Notes: a model not told the origin generated them from the letters alone. Shown: positions 1-16,508, counted from the first letter of the stretch. The stretch is DNA of 64,000 nt from Chrysomallon squamiferum (GCA_012295275.1 CM022677.1:15500001-15564000), one strand, 5' to 3'. Program-made: numbers and translations.

Positions 1-130
1 AGTTTCTTAAAATAAAATAAAAAAATAAAGAATAGTCTGTGTTTTTATTTTTATTATGTATATATTGATAAATCTCTTCAGTATTTGTTGTCAATCAGCA
101 GAAGATAATCTGATTTAATCATTATTTTAT

Positions 131-167
<37 letters not shown>

Positions 168-236
168 TCTTGTTGATTTTATGAAAACAATCAAAGCACT
201 AGAATCAACACTAATGATGCTGAATGGCATTCTTTA

Positions 237-302
<66 letters not shown>

Positions 303-305
<3 letters not shown>

Positions 306-420
306 TATTTACAAACCCGTTAAATAGAGTTATTTCCCTTAGACCATTAATAGATATGACATTGCATATGCATTAATGGTCTAATGGAAATAACACTATT
401 TAACGTGTTTGTAAATATAC
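303..420. repeat. Short foldback/palindrome (MITE-like), ~49-bp arms
   Basis: 303-351 (gtatatttacaaacccgttaaatagagttatttcccttagaccattaat) is the reverse complement of ~372-420 with 3 mismatches. A related arm fragment lies at ~51155-51180. Confidence 0.75.
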
Positions 421-1392
421 AAGAAAGACTGAGCTAAATTTGATTTACTACTTTTAGATGTATTCGGCTAATTATATATAAAAAAATATATAAAAAATTG
501 GGAGCAAAATATTCCAATATTAAATTCAGCAGTTTCAAAAGAACCAGTTTCCATGATTTGTTGGTTGATTTTATTTATTATTATTACTTAATTATTGTAA
601 ATTTCCTATTTCGCTTAAAACCTTTCTTTTCCAATTTCCCCTTGAATAACATCAATGAATTCTCATACACTATAAATCTTAATCAGTCAAGATCACTGTG
701 CATAATGTTACTAATCAAACTGAAGTTTATTAAATAGGAAGCATAATTACAATGGCGTTTTAAGACAAAACTAAACTCAACTTTTTGTAAGAATGCATTC
801 CAGTAATGAATTCTAGTGACGTATGCATTTAAGATTTTGTATTATGAACCCATTTCACTTTTATTTGATGTCAGAGACTGTCATAATGAAGCCATAATGA
901 AGCAAATTAATTTTAAACATTTTAAATTTATTAGTATTATTATTATTATATACATACACTTTTTCATTTTAATTTTCTTTAAAATAAAAATTACTGCAAC
1001 TCTTTTTCTTTTTTTTAAATATTGGTTTTAATAGAGCTCAAATTATATTTTAGCCTGATTCATTTCAGCTTTTTTCTAATATCTTTTAACTAATTTTCAA
1101 CAATTCAAAAACAATATTTGTTTAAACCAAACAACAATCAAAACACTTAGAACTTGTATTTATTTATTCATAAACAAGGACATTGTCTTTCACATACAGA
1201 AGTTCTCTGACAACAAACACATTAACTCTTTCTCGCATATAACATGTCTGTACCAACTCATCCTTTCACATTCACATCTGTCTGTCTTTCTGTCTGTATC
1301 TATTTCTCCTACATACCCATGCCTCACACAACGCATACAAAAATTCTAATTTCCTTCAGTACACACACACACATATACAGAACTTGTGAGTT

Positions 1393-1434
<42 letters not shown>

Positions 1435-2784
1435 AATTTTCTTTTTCTAACAGCCAAATATATATACCCACATCTGTCCATGTGTTTCTCTATCAATCCA
1501 TGAATTCTACAGTTTTAACAATTTTTCTGTCGCCGCCTGCTTCTCTCTATGAACAGTCGAAACTAGTTATTATTATTATTGTGCTATCTTTACCTTTGTG
1601 TTTATATGCTTTCAGTGTATCTCCTATCTAACTTACTGTTTCAGTGTTGTGTATTCGTTTTAAAATAAATCATCTTAAATTACTTTTGCAATGTTGATTG
1701 TATTATTGTGTTTGCGTTTCTTTTTATGATATCTGCTTTGGTTTTATATAATATTCTCAACAAGTTGAATATTTCTTATTTAAAATCTTAATTTAATAAT
1801 AAAAATGGAGTAAAACGTATTTGAAAAGTGTCACGCGAGGTCTCCATTACGTCGTCAGTTTTACAGTCTACCATGTAAAACAAGTTTCTGAAGCGAAGAC
1901 AATGTTGAGTGGAATATTTATTTTTATTTTTTTTGTTTTAAATTAAAAACACAGGAAAAGGTGAAGATTTTGACATGAATATAAATTCTCATATTACTTT
2001 TTTTGATTCTACATTTTTCCCTTATAAACTTCGCTTCTCGATAAGCTTAATCTTTCTTTTTATAGTACTTCTTTTTCTTTCTTTTCTTTTACTGTTTATT
2101 TTTTATATAAATATATATTTTCTTTTCTTAATCCTACGAATAGAATTGAGACTGATTAAAAAATAACGTGTTATTTTCTTTATTTGTAGTGCGTTATGCA
2201 ATGTTAATCAGTGAGATAGTGATATATATTTATTATTAACTTTACTTCAGAATACATTAGTAATTAGAGGATTAATTACCAGTATAATAACATTAATCTG
2301 ACAGTTTCCTGCAATGTCACCTTTGTTTTAAGATGTAGAATATTACTCTCACAGCATCTCTGTAGTTACATATCACGTTCTACATATCACAGTAATAAAT
2401 AACAGAAAATCACACTGATCATATCTTTTTCTGTCTCTCTAAAACAAATTTTATCTTAGTAAATGTACCACCGTTTACATTGATATTTTATTAAGTTTAC
2501 CTCTGTTTTGCATCGTAACAAATGTTGATAATATATATAACTATCAGTATAATCTTGGATACAGCTAAAGGAATATTACCGGCTTTTCAAGAATAATCTT
2601 CATGATATTAATAAAGTAAATGTTCAATTTCAAATTACATGTGAAAACTGCGCTCATGTTGACAACATAAACATTGTACCTTAACATCATTTATTATCAA
2701 CTTATCAACAGAAATGAATGGATTCTTATAAAGTAAAAGCTCAGTTTTCAGAGTAATGCAGAGCTTTTTAGTGTAATTTGTTCT

Positions 2785-3460
2785 GCTGTTAATAAAATAT
2801 CACATTAATCATTATCTGACCTTTTATTTTATAGTGGCATTTTACAGCGCTTGACTTGTAAATTCAGAAACAAATAACTGTTAATACTGAACACGTGAGA
2901 AGGTACACTTTACTTGAATCACAAAATTTGATTTTGCTTAGCAAAACGATATTAAAATTAAAATTCACAGGGATAAGCGGCGTTTTCTATTTGAATAAAA
3001 GGTAACGTAATTCACATTAATACAAAAACCAGCGCCATTTATTTGTTACCATAAACTGATTCTGAGTGAAAATAACGTGATGTTTTATTGTTCTCCTCTG
3101 CATCATACAAAATACTGATAATTTCACGTACATTATCTAGGAGAAATCTTATATTGAAAATTCTAAAGTTGCGTCATAGAAAACATGCCTGTCCTCCTGA
3201 ACTAGTGTTTTATGAGATACGAGGATTTTTTAGAAAGCTAGACGAAATTTATTCATCCTATTAAAACATAACAATATTGTCTTTATTGTCAAGTAAATCT
3301 TAATGTTTCTTCTCCAGTTATTAATAAAACCTCACCTGAAGCTTTTAAAAAGCAGATTAAACTGGCTATTCTCGTCTACATATTTTGTCTAAATATCCAG
3401 TATCAACTATTTAAATTGTGCAGCACTGTCGGTATTAAAATTAAAATTATATTTATTTCT
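2785..3460. mobile_element. Dispersed repeat, partial copy of the foldback element at 47813-48500
   Basis: Colinear blocks shared with 47960-48500, e.g. ctgaccttttattttatagtggcatt, ttaatactgaacacgtgagaag, acacttta cttgaatcacaaaatttg, tgtcggtattaaaattaaaattatattt. Confidence 0.7.
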
Positions 3461-3618
3461 TTATTTCTTTATTTTTGTAAAAACAACAATAACTACAATA
3501 ATATTAATTAAAATGATAAATAAAATAATAATTAAGAAAAACTACTGAAATAAGGGAAAAAGAAAAAAGGAAGAAAGGATATACACACACACACACACAC
3601 ACACACCAAACACACACA

Positions 3619-3664
<46 letters not shown>

Positions 3665-5026
3665 TAGATAGATCTACGGCACGTGTCTTGACTGGGCCGA
3701 ATGTGCCAGTCACAACTTCAAGTTTCACTGAGAAAAAACAAATTAACAGTTTTCTTTCTGTCCATGTTTCGAATGAATAAACGGCAGAGCAGGTTTTGGA
3801 ACTGAAAATCACGAACTGGTTAATGTGAGAAATTAGTTCAGTTGTTAGTGTGACGAGTTCTGAGTAGCGGGCATCAACATCATTTCACTGGGAGGCATCT
3901 GGGACGAAGTGCAAAAAAGAGAACCTGGCAAGATCGGGCAAAATAAGGTCAAATAAACAAACATAAAGACATATACAAACATATACACACAGAAACGCTC
4001 ACACACATATACACATGCACACAATAAAATAGAAAGCTACACACCATTACCACTATTACAACTAATATTATACAACTACTCCTACTGCTGTTACTACTAC
4101 TACTATTATTAATATTACTATATTAAAACAACAACTGCTACTAGTGCTGCAACAGCTACAACTACTGTATTATTGCTACTATTATGAATAATAATGATGA
4201 ATATGATGATGACGTCAAAGATGATGATGTTGATAATAATGATGATGATGATGAAGAAAAAGATAATGATGAAGAAGAAGAAGATGATAATGAAGAAAAA
4301 GAAGATGATAATGATGATGATAACGTGATGATGAAATAAAAACAATTCTCATCTCATAGTTTAGAAGAACCATTTGTTTTTTAAAATAATAAATATTCTT
4401 GACGTTACAAAATAATGTAAATCACATATAAAAATGTATTTCTTATATATTATTCACCTTCAGATACTAGAATATAAAGACCTCTGGAAATTTCTAATTT
4501 CTTAACATTACACCAAGCATTACATATATGGGTTTTTTGTTGTTGTTGTTGTTTTCATTATTCATTTTCACTTGGCATTTCAACTCGGTACTAAAACAAT
4601 ATAACCGCTTATAAATTTCGTGTTGAAAATGCAGTGCACATATACGAGCAGTCTTCTATTCATAATTCATTTTAAGCAGAATGTTTGAATTATTTCTGTA
4701 ATAAAATACACGTCTATGAAATTCATGTTGCATATTCAAGAATACATACATATATATACACATATCTTTTTTTCTGTAATGTTTCTCACACCTTTCAAAA
4801 ATATTTAAGACGTTTTGCATTCGTTATTCAGTTTCACAGAACATTTGCATATACTGTGAAATAAAATAAGAGGCTGGATCAATTCTTCTTAGATGCAGGT
4901 TTGTGTGTTAAACTGTTGACGCTTCAAAGAAGAACCGAGAAGAATGAAAACAATTCACTTGCTTGCTTTTCTTCTTGTTTTCTTCATGTTTATGGAAGGT
5001 GAGCTTCACTAGAAAATTATTCTATA

Positions 5027-5275
5027 TAATGACACTGCCTATAGACAATCTGTCTGTGTAATGACACTGCCTATAGACAATCAGTCTGTATGATGACACT
5101 GCCTATATACACAATCAGTCTGTATAATCACAATGCCTATATACACAATCAGTCTGTATAATCACACTGCCTGTAGACAATATGTCTGTATAATGACACT
5201 GCCTATAGACAACATGTCTGTATGATGACACTGCATACAGACAATCTGTATAATGACACTGCCTATAGACAGTAT
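5027..5275. repeat. ~30-bp minisatellite in CTL-A intron 1
   Basis: About 8 units of taatgacactgcctatagacaatctgtctgta; only 2-3 units in copy B (~12049-12130). Confidence 0.9.
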
Positions 5276-5659
5276 ATCTACATAATGAAACGCTGTCTGT
5301 ATCTATCTATTTATATATCTATCTATCTATCTATCTATCTAACTGTCTGTCTTTCTGTCTATGTCTATGATAGAAAGAGAGATAGATATATCTATATGTA
5401 TATATACGCGCACACACAGACATAGACATAGATACACACACTCGTATAGAGGACTTTCTGTAGGTAACCATTGGCGACATCATTGTTCTCTCTGTGTGTC
5501 TGACTCTTTATTCCAGCTATTTTTATTTTCAGATGTGTCGCGCTCTGAAATGTTCGCGTGCAACGAAAACTTCGTGTTGATATACGGCCACTGTTACTGG
5601 TTCTCCGACAGGAAACAGAAATACAGCTGGATGGACGCCGCGGTTAGTCACATGTCCTC

Positions 5660-5985
5660 ATGATTAGAAACAGACGTACACGTGATTAGAAACAGACGTA
5701 CACGTGATTAGAAACAGACGTACACGTGATTAGAAACAGACGTACTCGTGATTAGAAACAGACGTACTCGTGATTAGAAACAGACGTACACGTGATTAGA
5801 AACAGACGTACACGTGATTAGAAACAGACGTACTCGTGATTAGAAACAGACGTACACGTGATTAGAAACAGACGTACACGTGATTAGAAACAGACGTACA
5901 CGTGATTAGAAACAGACGTACACGTGATTAGAAAAAGACGTACCCGTGATTAGAAACAAACATATACGTGATTAGAAATAGACAT
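5660..5985. repeat. 22-bp minisatellite in CTL-A intron 2
   Basis: About 15 units of gtgattagaaacagacgtacac. Confidence 0.95.
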
Positions 5986-6461
5986 ACTAGCAGGAAATAC
6001 TAATATTTCTACTCTTTAGCGCTGCTACTGTTGTTGCTGTTGTCGTTGTTATTATGGTTGTTATTATTATGTGCTGAGGATGCTGCTGCAATTAATATTG
6101 TTTTTGTTGTTTAGATTATGATTATGACTACTGTTTTATTATGATAATGATGATGATGATTATTATTATTACTATTATTACTGAATTCCTATTTGATGAT
6201 AATATCTTCTAGGGAGGAAAACAGAGAAGTTGGCAATCGCCTGAAGAACTCGCACGCCAGTAAGTGTCTGATTTATTTCTACACAAACAGTTCATGTTTC
6301 AGCACTCAGCACTCAGCAGATAATGCAGTGTTATATCTCTAGTTCTTTAACCACAGCTGTCAGATAAATAGTTGTGTACAGCTGGTCACGTGATACGTTG
6401 TGGTGTACAGCTTTTACGTAAGATTTGTTTTACCCCGATCTCTAGTTAATCATCAGTATGT

Positions 6462-6580
<119 letters not shown>

Positions 6581-6989
6581 ACTTCTTCTGCTGCTGCTAT
6601 GACTATAACTACTACCTCTTCAACAATTGCCACCATAACAACAACAACAACAGCAACTACTACTACTGCTGTTATTGTGTATTTCCAGCCGATCGGTACT
6701 GGATTGGAGGAAATGACATCGCTGTGGAAGGCGCTTTCAAATGGACGTCAAGGTGCGGTTCTGAACCTATGAGCTTTATGTCATTTTACAATTATCAACG
6801 ACGTCAACACTGCCTTGAGATTTTTGCAAAAGGTAATTTTCAGTTCTGGAACGACAGACCTTGCGATGATAGAGCAGGCTTCATATGCGAATACAATCCC
6901 AGACCGTTGTGGATAGTGTAATAATAAAAAAATAAATAAAATAACTAAACTCCCAGAGGTTTCTTTTCTTTTGTTATTAGTATTAGTAT

Positions 6990-7777
6990 GACAGTCACTG
7001 AGTCAGTCACACAGTGAGTCAGTAAGACAGTCACTGAGTCAGTCACACAGTGAATCAGTCACACAGTGAGTCAGTAAGACAGTCACTGAGTCAGTCACAC
7101 AGTGAGTCAGTCACACAGTGAGTCAGTAAGACAGTTACTGAGTCAGTCACACAGTGAATCAGTCACACAGTGAGTCAGTAAGACAGTCACTGAGTCATTC
7201 ACACAGTGAGTCAGTAAGAGTCACTGAGTCAGTCACACAGTGAATCAGTCACACGTGAGTCAGTAAGACAGTCACTGAGTCAGTCACACAGTGAGTCAGT
7301 AAGAGTCACTGAGTCAGTCACACAGTGAATCAGTCACACGTGAGTTAGTAAGACAGTCACTGAGTCAGTCACACAGTGAATCAGTAAGACAGTCACTGAG
7401 TCAGTCACACAGTGAGTCAGTAAGAGTCACTGAGTCAGTCACACAGTGAATCAGTCACATAGTGAGTCAGTAAGACAGTCACTGAGTCAGTAAGACGTGA
7501 GTCAGTAAGACAGTCACTGTGTCAGTCACACAGTGAGTCAGTAAGACAGTCACTGAGTCAGTCACACAGTGAGTCAGTAAGACAGTCACTGAGTCAGTCA
7601 CACAGTGAGTCAGTAAGACAGTCACTGAGTCAGTAAGACAGTCACACGTGAGTCAGTAAGAGTCACTGAGTCAGTAAGACAGTCACTGAGTCAGTCACAC
7701 AGTGAGTCAGTAAGAGTCACTGAGTCAGTAAGACAGTCACTGAGTCAGTCACACAGTGAGTCAGGAAGTGAGTCACT
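6990..7777. repeat. 16/20-bp composite minisatellite built on TGAGTCA
   Basis: Interspersed units tgagtcagtcacacag and tgagtcagtaagacagtcac; about 37 TGAGTCA by manual count. Confidence 0.95.
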
Positions 7778-8002
7778 ACGAGTAACTATTATTATTTTCA
7801 AACTTTTTTCTTTTTTAATATTTAAATTTTTGTTGTTTTTTTAAATCTTTTTTTTTTTTTGTTTTGTATATTTTTTATTTTCTCTTTTTATATCAATTTT
7901 CTGTGCATTATGTGAATGGGAAACGAAAGAAAATTATAATAAAAATAATAATAGAAATACTACTACTATTACTAATATAACTAATAATAATAATAAAATA
8001 AT

Positions 8003-8044
<42 letters not shown>

Positions 8045-8251
8045 AATAATAATAAAAATAATACCAGTAATAATAATAATGATGATAATGATGATAATAA
8101 AAAATAACAATAACCATAATAATAACAATAAAATAACACAAATAATAACAACAATAATAATAAAATAAAAATATTAACAATAACAACAATAATAAAAAGC
8201 CAAAAATAATAAAAATAATGACAATAAGAAGAAACAACTGTGTTTTTATTT

Positions 8252-8317
8252 TCATTTATTTTCGCTGATCACGGAACAGAAGAAGCCGCCATGAGCCGCA
8301 CATCCGGGCCGTTCCAG
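8252..8317 (-). pseudogene. Possible remnant of a CTL terminal exon 3' end, inverted
   Basis: Minus strand reads W-N-G-(1-nt shift)-G-C-A-A-H-G-G-F-F-C-SVISENK*, resembling WNDRPCDDRAGFICE and WYDSDCFQTGGFICE of the neighbouring CTLs. AATAAA overlaps the stop. Confidence 0.4.
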
Positions 8318-8319
8318 TG

Positions 8320-8984
8320 AAGACAGTTCACACATTTCACAGCTGTCTGCGTTGTCATAGCTGTCTGTATATCTACAACACAGTTCACACATTTCACAGC
8401 TGTCTTCGTTGTCACAGCTGTCTGTCTGTGTATCTACAACACAGTTCACACATTTCACAGCTCCACGCAGTCTGTCTACCTGTGTATCTACAACACAGTT
8501 CACACATTTCACAGCTGTCTTCGTTGTCACAGCTGTCTGTCTGTGTATCTACAACACAGTTCACACATTTCACAGCTCCACGCAGTCTGCGTTGTCACAG
8601 CTGTCTGCCTGTGTATCTACAACACAGTTCACACATTTCACAGCTGTCTTCGTTGTCACAGCTGTCTGTCTGTGTATCTACAACACAGTTCACACATTTC
8701 ACAGCTGTCTTCGTTGTCACAGCTGTCTACCTGTGTATCTACAACACAGTTCACACATTTCACAGCTCCACGCAGTCTGTCTACCTGTGTATCTACAACA
8801 CAGTTCACACATTTCACAGCTCCACGCAGTCTGTCTGTCTGTGTATCTACAACACAGTTCACACATTTCACAGCTCCACGCAGTCTGTCTTGTCACAGCT
8901 GTCTGCCTGTGTATCTACAACACAGTTCACACATTTCACAGCTGTCTTCGTTGTCACAGCTGTCTGTCTGTGTATCTACAACAC
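8320..8984. repeat. ~51-69-bp minisatellite running into an assembly gap
   Basis: Variants of tgtatctacaacacagttcacacatttcacagctgtcttcgttgtcacagctgtctgtctg. Short 2-3 unit versions at ~14510-14640, ~15900-16030 and ~17520-17650. Confidence 0.95.
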
Positions 8985-9184
8985 NNNNNNNNNNNNNNNN
9001 NNNNNNNNNNNNNNNNNNNNNNNNNNNNNNNNNNNNNNNNNNNNNNNNNNNNNNNNNNNNNNNNNNNNNNNNNNNNNNNNNNNNNNNNNNNNNNNNNNNN
9101 NNNNNNNNNNNNNNNNNNNNNNNNNNNNNNNNNNNNNNNNNNNNNNNNNNNNNNNNNNNNNNNNNNNNNNNNNNNNNNNNNNNN
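8985..9184. other. Assembly gap (200 N)
   Basis: Run of N. Confidence 1.
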
Positions 9185-9323
9185 TTTTCATTCGTTTATA
9201 TATATGTATGTATGTATGTAAACACACAGAAACATTTAAATAACTGATATATATACATTTGTGTGTGAATGTGTGTGCAAGTATGCACACTTCTGCATCT
9301 TTTTTTTCTGCATCATTATGTAG

Positions 9324-9450
9324 TTGCAGCTTTTTGCGACGTCGGCTTCCAAAGGCTACACTACCGATGCTATTTCATTTCCAGGCCAGGTCTATGTTAT
9401 TTCATTCCCAGCATCCTGAGTCAACGCAGCCGTAAGTCGTCTAATGACGA

Positions 9451-9486
<36 letters not shown>

Positions 9487-9758
9487 GTTGCTACTATACT
9501 GGCTATAACCGCTACGAATTAATTCCAGTCTCATTTTACTGGCTCGGTTTGTCTGACCTGATTCACGAAGGCGAGTTTCTGCGGATGTCTAAAAACTTAA
9601 CTGCGAAGTGCTACAATTTCGAAAGCAGTCAGCCGGACAACTCGAAGGACCACTGCGTCCAGATGAGGCGAAGCGATGCGTTCAAGAACTGGTACGACTC
9701 CGACTGCTTCCAAACCGGCGGCTTCATTTGTGAATATGCGCCCCCTTATGATCAATAA
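9324..9758 (+). pseudogene. Divergent C-type lectin paralog, partial and internally deleted
   Basis: Exon 9324(or 9330)-9431 AFCDVGFQRLHYRCYFISRPGLCYFIPSILSQRS|gtaagt. Exon 9529-9758 SFYWLGLSDLIHEGEF...SQPDNSKDHCVQM...WYDSDCFQTGGFICEY. Phases are compatible; no signal-peptide exon is visible (a gap lies upstream). Confidence 0.75.
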
Positions 9759-9966
9759 AGAAAAAAAGCAAGCAGACAATGAGATTAGATTTTGCGATTT
9801 CCTTTTTTATTATTATTTCTACTGGGATTGAGTATTAAACTTAAAATTGTTTTAGAAACTTATAGAAATATATGTATATATACACACATACACACAAACA
9901 TGCACACGCACATACATATACACACATACAAACACGCATACAAAAACACACACGTACATAAGATTG

Positions 9967-10175
9967 TCTTGATGACTGAATGGTAAAGTCGTTCGCCTTC
10001 GGAGCCTGGGCGAATGGATGCTATACGTTCGAGTCTCGTCAGCGGCATCTGACAGGTTTAGGAGGTCGTGATTGGACTTTGTCCTCCTGCGCCAGTGCCT
10101 TCCCGAATATTGTCTATGTGCAGAGTTTAATCAGTCGTACATAAGACAGAGAATATTCAAATCTTACAATGCATA
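9967..10175 (+). mobile_element. tRNA-derived SINE-like element
   Basis: Pol III A-box-like tgactgaatgg (9973-9983) and B-box gttcgagtc (10027-10035), a GC-richer body, then an (ACAT/AC)n tail. Confidence 0.6.
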
Positions 10176-10379
10176 CACCCACACCCACATACACACACAC
10201 ACATACCTACGCACACACACACACATACATACATACATACATACACCGAGAAATGCCTAAGTTACACCAATTCAGATGAACTCAGTCTTAAAGTGCATGT
10301 ATCCTTGGCAACCATTTTTACGTCAGCATTTGACACATGTTTACGGAAGCATTATGGAGAGAACTGGTTGCACAGGAAT

Positions 10380-11150
10380 AGCTGTAATAGTAACAGTAGC
10401 AGCTATTGATGTTAGAATAATAGCAGAAGTAGTATTTTTGTGGTTGTAGTTATAGTCACAATAGCAGTAATATTAGTAGTATTAGTAATACTAGTAGCAG
10501 CTGAAAAAGTTGTTGCTGTTTTATTAGCAGTACTAGTAGTAGCTTACTAGTTGCTGTTATAGAAGTAGTTGTCGGTGTTGTAAAAGTAATAGTAGTTATA
10601 ATAGCTGCAAAAGTGATAGTAGTAGTTTTTCTTTTTAATGTTTGTAATAGCAGTAGTAGTAGTAGTAGTAGTTGTAAAAGTAGTAATAATTGTTTTAGTA
10701 GTGGTATTAACAGCAGTAGTAGTTGTGATAATTGTAGTAGTAGTACTAGAAGTTTTATTAAAGATAGTAGTTGTAATAGCTTCAATAGCAGTTATAATTG
10801 TAGTAGTAGCAGAAGTAATAGTATTATTAATATTAGTTGTAATGATGATGGCAGTAGTATTAGTAAGAGTAATAACAAACGTAGCAGTAGTAGTAATAGT
10901 AGTAGTAGTATCAATAGTAGTAGTAGTACTAGTAGAAAAACTGGTATTGTGATAGTTGTAGTAACAGAGTAGTAGTAAGAGTAGTAGTAATAGTAAAAGT
11001 AGTAGCAGTAGTAGTAGTAGTAATAAGAATAGTAATAGAAGCAGTGGTAGTATAACAGTAGCAGTAGTAGCTGTAATAGTAGTAGTAGTAGTACCAGTAG
11101 TAGTAGTAGTAGTAAGAGTAGTACTAATACTAGTAACAGTCGTAGAAAAA
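10380..11150. repeat. Degenerate (AGT)n low-complexity tract
   Basis: Cryptic agt/agc/aat trinucleotide repeats. Confidence 0.9.
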
Positions 11151-11965
11151 GGTGCTGTTAATAATGGTTAGAAACTGAGATGTTTCAATTTTAAAACGAC
11201 ACAGAATGTGACAGACACAGCTTCAAGTTTCACTGAGAAAAAACAAATTAATAGTTTTCTTTCTGTCCATGTTTCGAATGAATAAACGGCAGAGCAGGTT
11301 TTGGAACTGAAAATCACGAATTGGTTAATGTGAGAAATTAGTTCAGTTGTTAGTGTGACGAGTTCTGAGTAGCGGGCATCCACGTCATTTCACTGGGAGG
11401 CATCTGGGACGAAGTGCAAAGAAGAGAAACAAAAATAATGTAAATCAAATATAAAAATGTATTTCTTATATATTATTCACCTTCAGACACTAGAATATAA
11501 AGCCCTCTGGAAATTTCATAACATTACACCAAGCATTACAAATATGTTTTTTGTTGTTGTTGTTGTTGTTGTTTTCATTATTCATTTTCACTTGGCATTT
11601 CAACTCGGTACTAAAACAATATAACCGCTTATAAATTTCGTGTTGAAAATGCAATGCACATACTACGAGCAGTCTTCTATTCATAATTCATTTTAAGCAG
11701 AATGTTTGAATTATTTCTGTAATAAAATACACGTCTATGAAATTCGTGTTGCATATTCAAGAATACATACATATATAAACACATATGTTTTTTTTCCGTA
11801 TTGTTTCTCACACCTTTCAAAAATATTTAAGGCATTTTGCATTCGATATTCAGTTTCACAGAACATTTGCATTTCCTGTGAAATAAAATAAGAGCCTGGA
11901 TCAATTCTTCTTAGATGCAGGTTTGTGTGTGAAACTCTTGACGCTTCAAAGAAGAACCGAGAAGA

Positions 11966-14354
<2,389 letters not shown>

Positions 14355-15120
14355 TAATAAAAAAATAAATAAAAAACTAAACTTCCAGAGGTTTCTTTTC
14401 TTTTGTTATTAGTATTAGTATGACAGCCACTGAGTCAGTCACACAGTGAGTCAGTAAGACAGTCACTGAGTCAGTCACACAGTGAGTCACTAAAACACTG
14501 TCACTCCAGTGAAGACATTTCACAGCTCCACGCAGTCTGCGTTGTCACAGCTGTCTGTCTGTGTATCTACAACACAGTTCACACATTTCACAGCTCCACG
14601 CAGTCTTCATTGTCACAGCTGTCTGCCTGTGTATCTACAAAACATAGGCCTCTCAAAAACACACAGAAAACCACACAAAAAACACATTATTTCTATCTAA
14701 CTCATAAACACATATTCCCACAGTTTGTTGCTCAAATACTCAAACCAACCTATCAGACATGTTGATCATTTCATATTCACTCTCTAAAAAAACTCTTTCA
14801 CACACACTTACACACGCACACATGCATATGTATATCTACCATTATATAAATACACCCCACATTACCATCATACAGTTGCTTTCATCTATGATGTCTCTTA
14901 ATCTGCTTGTCTCGGTATTTCTATATATATCAGTATGTTCCTCTGTGGCATTCTATTTATCTTTGTTCCTTTCTATCAGTCTATTTATCTGTTAGTCTGT
15001 CTAAGTTTTTATCTGTATCAAACTCTCTACCTCTGAGTCTCTCTGTCTCACTAGCCTGCTGCATGCACAGCAACTTTCAAAATCCATGTTTATCTTTCTG
15101 TTTGCCTGTCCATTTATAGC

Positions 15121-15384
<264 letters not shown>

Positions 15385-15495
15385 GGTACTTCTTCTGCTG
15401 CTGCTATGACTATAACTACTACCTCTTCAACAGTTACCACCATAACAACAACAACAACAGCAACTACTACTACTGCTGTTATTGTGTATTTCCAG

Positions 15496-15743
15496 CCGAT
15501 CGGTATTGGATTGGAGGAAATGACATCGCTTTGGAAGGCGCTTTCAAATGGACGTCAAGGTGCGGTTCTGAACCTATGAGGTTTATGTCATTTTACAGAT
15601 CGCAGCCTGACAATTATCAACGACGTCAACACTGCCTTGAGATTTTTGCAAAAGGTAATTTTCAGTTCTGGAACGACAGACCTTGCGATGATAGAGCAGG
15701 CTTCATATGCGAATACAATCCCAGACCGTTGTGGATAGTGTAA
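15496..15743 (+). CDS. Duplicate of CTL-B terminal exon (candidate alternative last exon)
   Basis: Intact ttccag acceptor, 248 nt, same peptide as 14107-14354, followed by AATAAA. Use in transcripts is unknown. Confidence 0.6.
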
Positions 15744-16508
15744 TAATAAAAAAATAAATAAAAAACTAAACTTCCAGAGGTTTCTTTTCTTTTGTTATTA
15801 GTATTAGTATGACAGCCACTGAGTCAGTCACACAGTGAGTCAGTAAGACAGTCACTGAGTCAGTCACACAGTGAGTCACTAAAACACTGTCACTCCAGTG
15901 AAGACATTTCACAGCTCCACGCAGTCTGCGTTGTCACAGCTGTCTGTCTGTGTATCTACAACACAGTTCACACATTTCACAGCTCCACGCAGTCTTCATT
16001 GTCACAGCTGTCTGCCTGTGTATCTACAAAACATAGGCCTCTCAAAACACACAGAAAACCACACAAAAAACACATTATTTCTATCTAACTCATAAACACA
16101 TATTCCCACAGTTTGTTGCTCAAATACTCAAACCAACCTATCAGACATGTTGATCATTTCATATTCACTCTCTAAAAAAACTCTTTCACACACACTTACA
16201 CACGCACACATGCATATGTATATCTACCATTATATAAATACACCCCACATTACCATCATACAGTTGCTTTCATCTATGATGTCTCTTAATCTGCTTGTCT
16301 CGGTATTTCTATATATATCAGTATGTTCCTCTGTGGCATTCTATTTATCTTTGTTCCTTTCTATCAGTCTATTTATCTGTTAGTCTGTCTAAGTTTTTTA
16401 TCTGTATCAAACTCTCTACCTCTGAGTCTCTGTCTCACTAGCCTGCTGCATGCACAGCAACTTTCAAAATCCATGTTTATCTTTCTGTTTGCCTGTCCAT
16501 TTATAACC

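Noticed and set aside
3504-3930. Duplicated minus-strand ORF (also 11168-11383)
   Set aside because: No recognisable domain or splice structure; conservation is explained by the recent segmental duplication.
8317-9290. Long 234-308-aa ORFs
   Set aside because: Translation of a stop-poor minisatellite plus the N gap; open in three frames.
10456-10972. Ser-, Val- and Leu-rich ORFs
   Set aside because: (AGT)n low-complexity artefacts.
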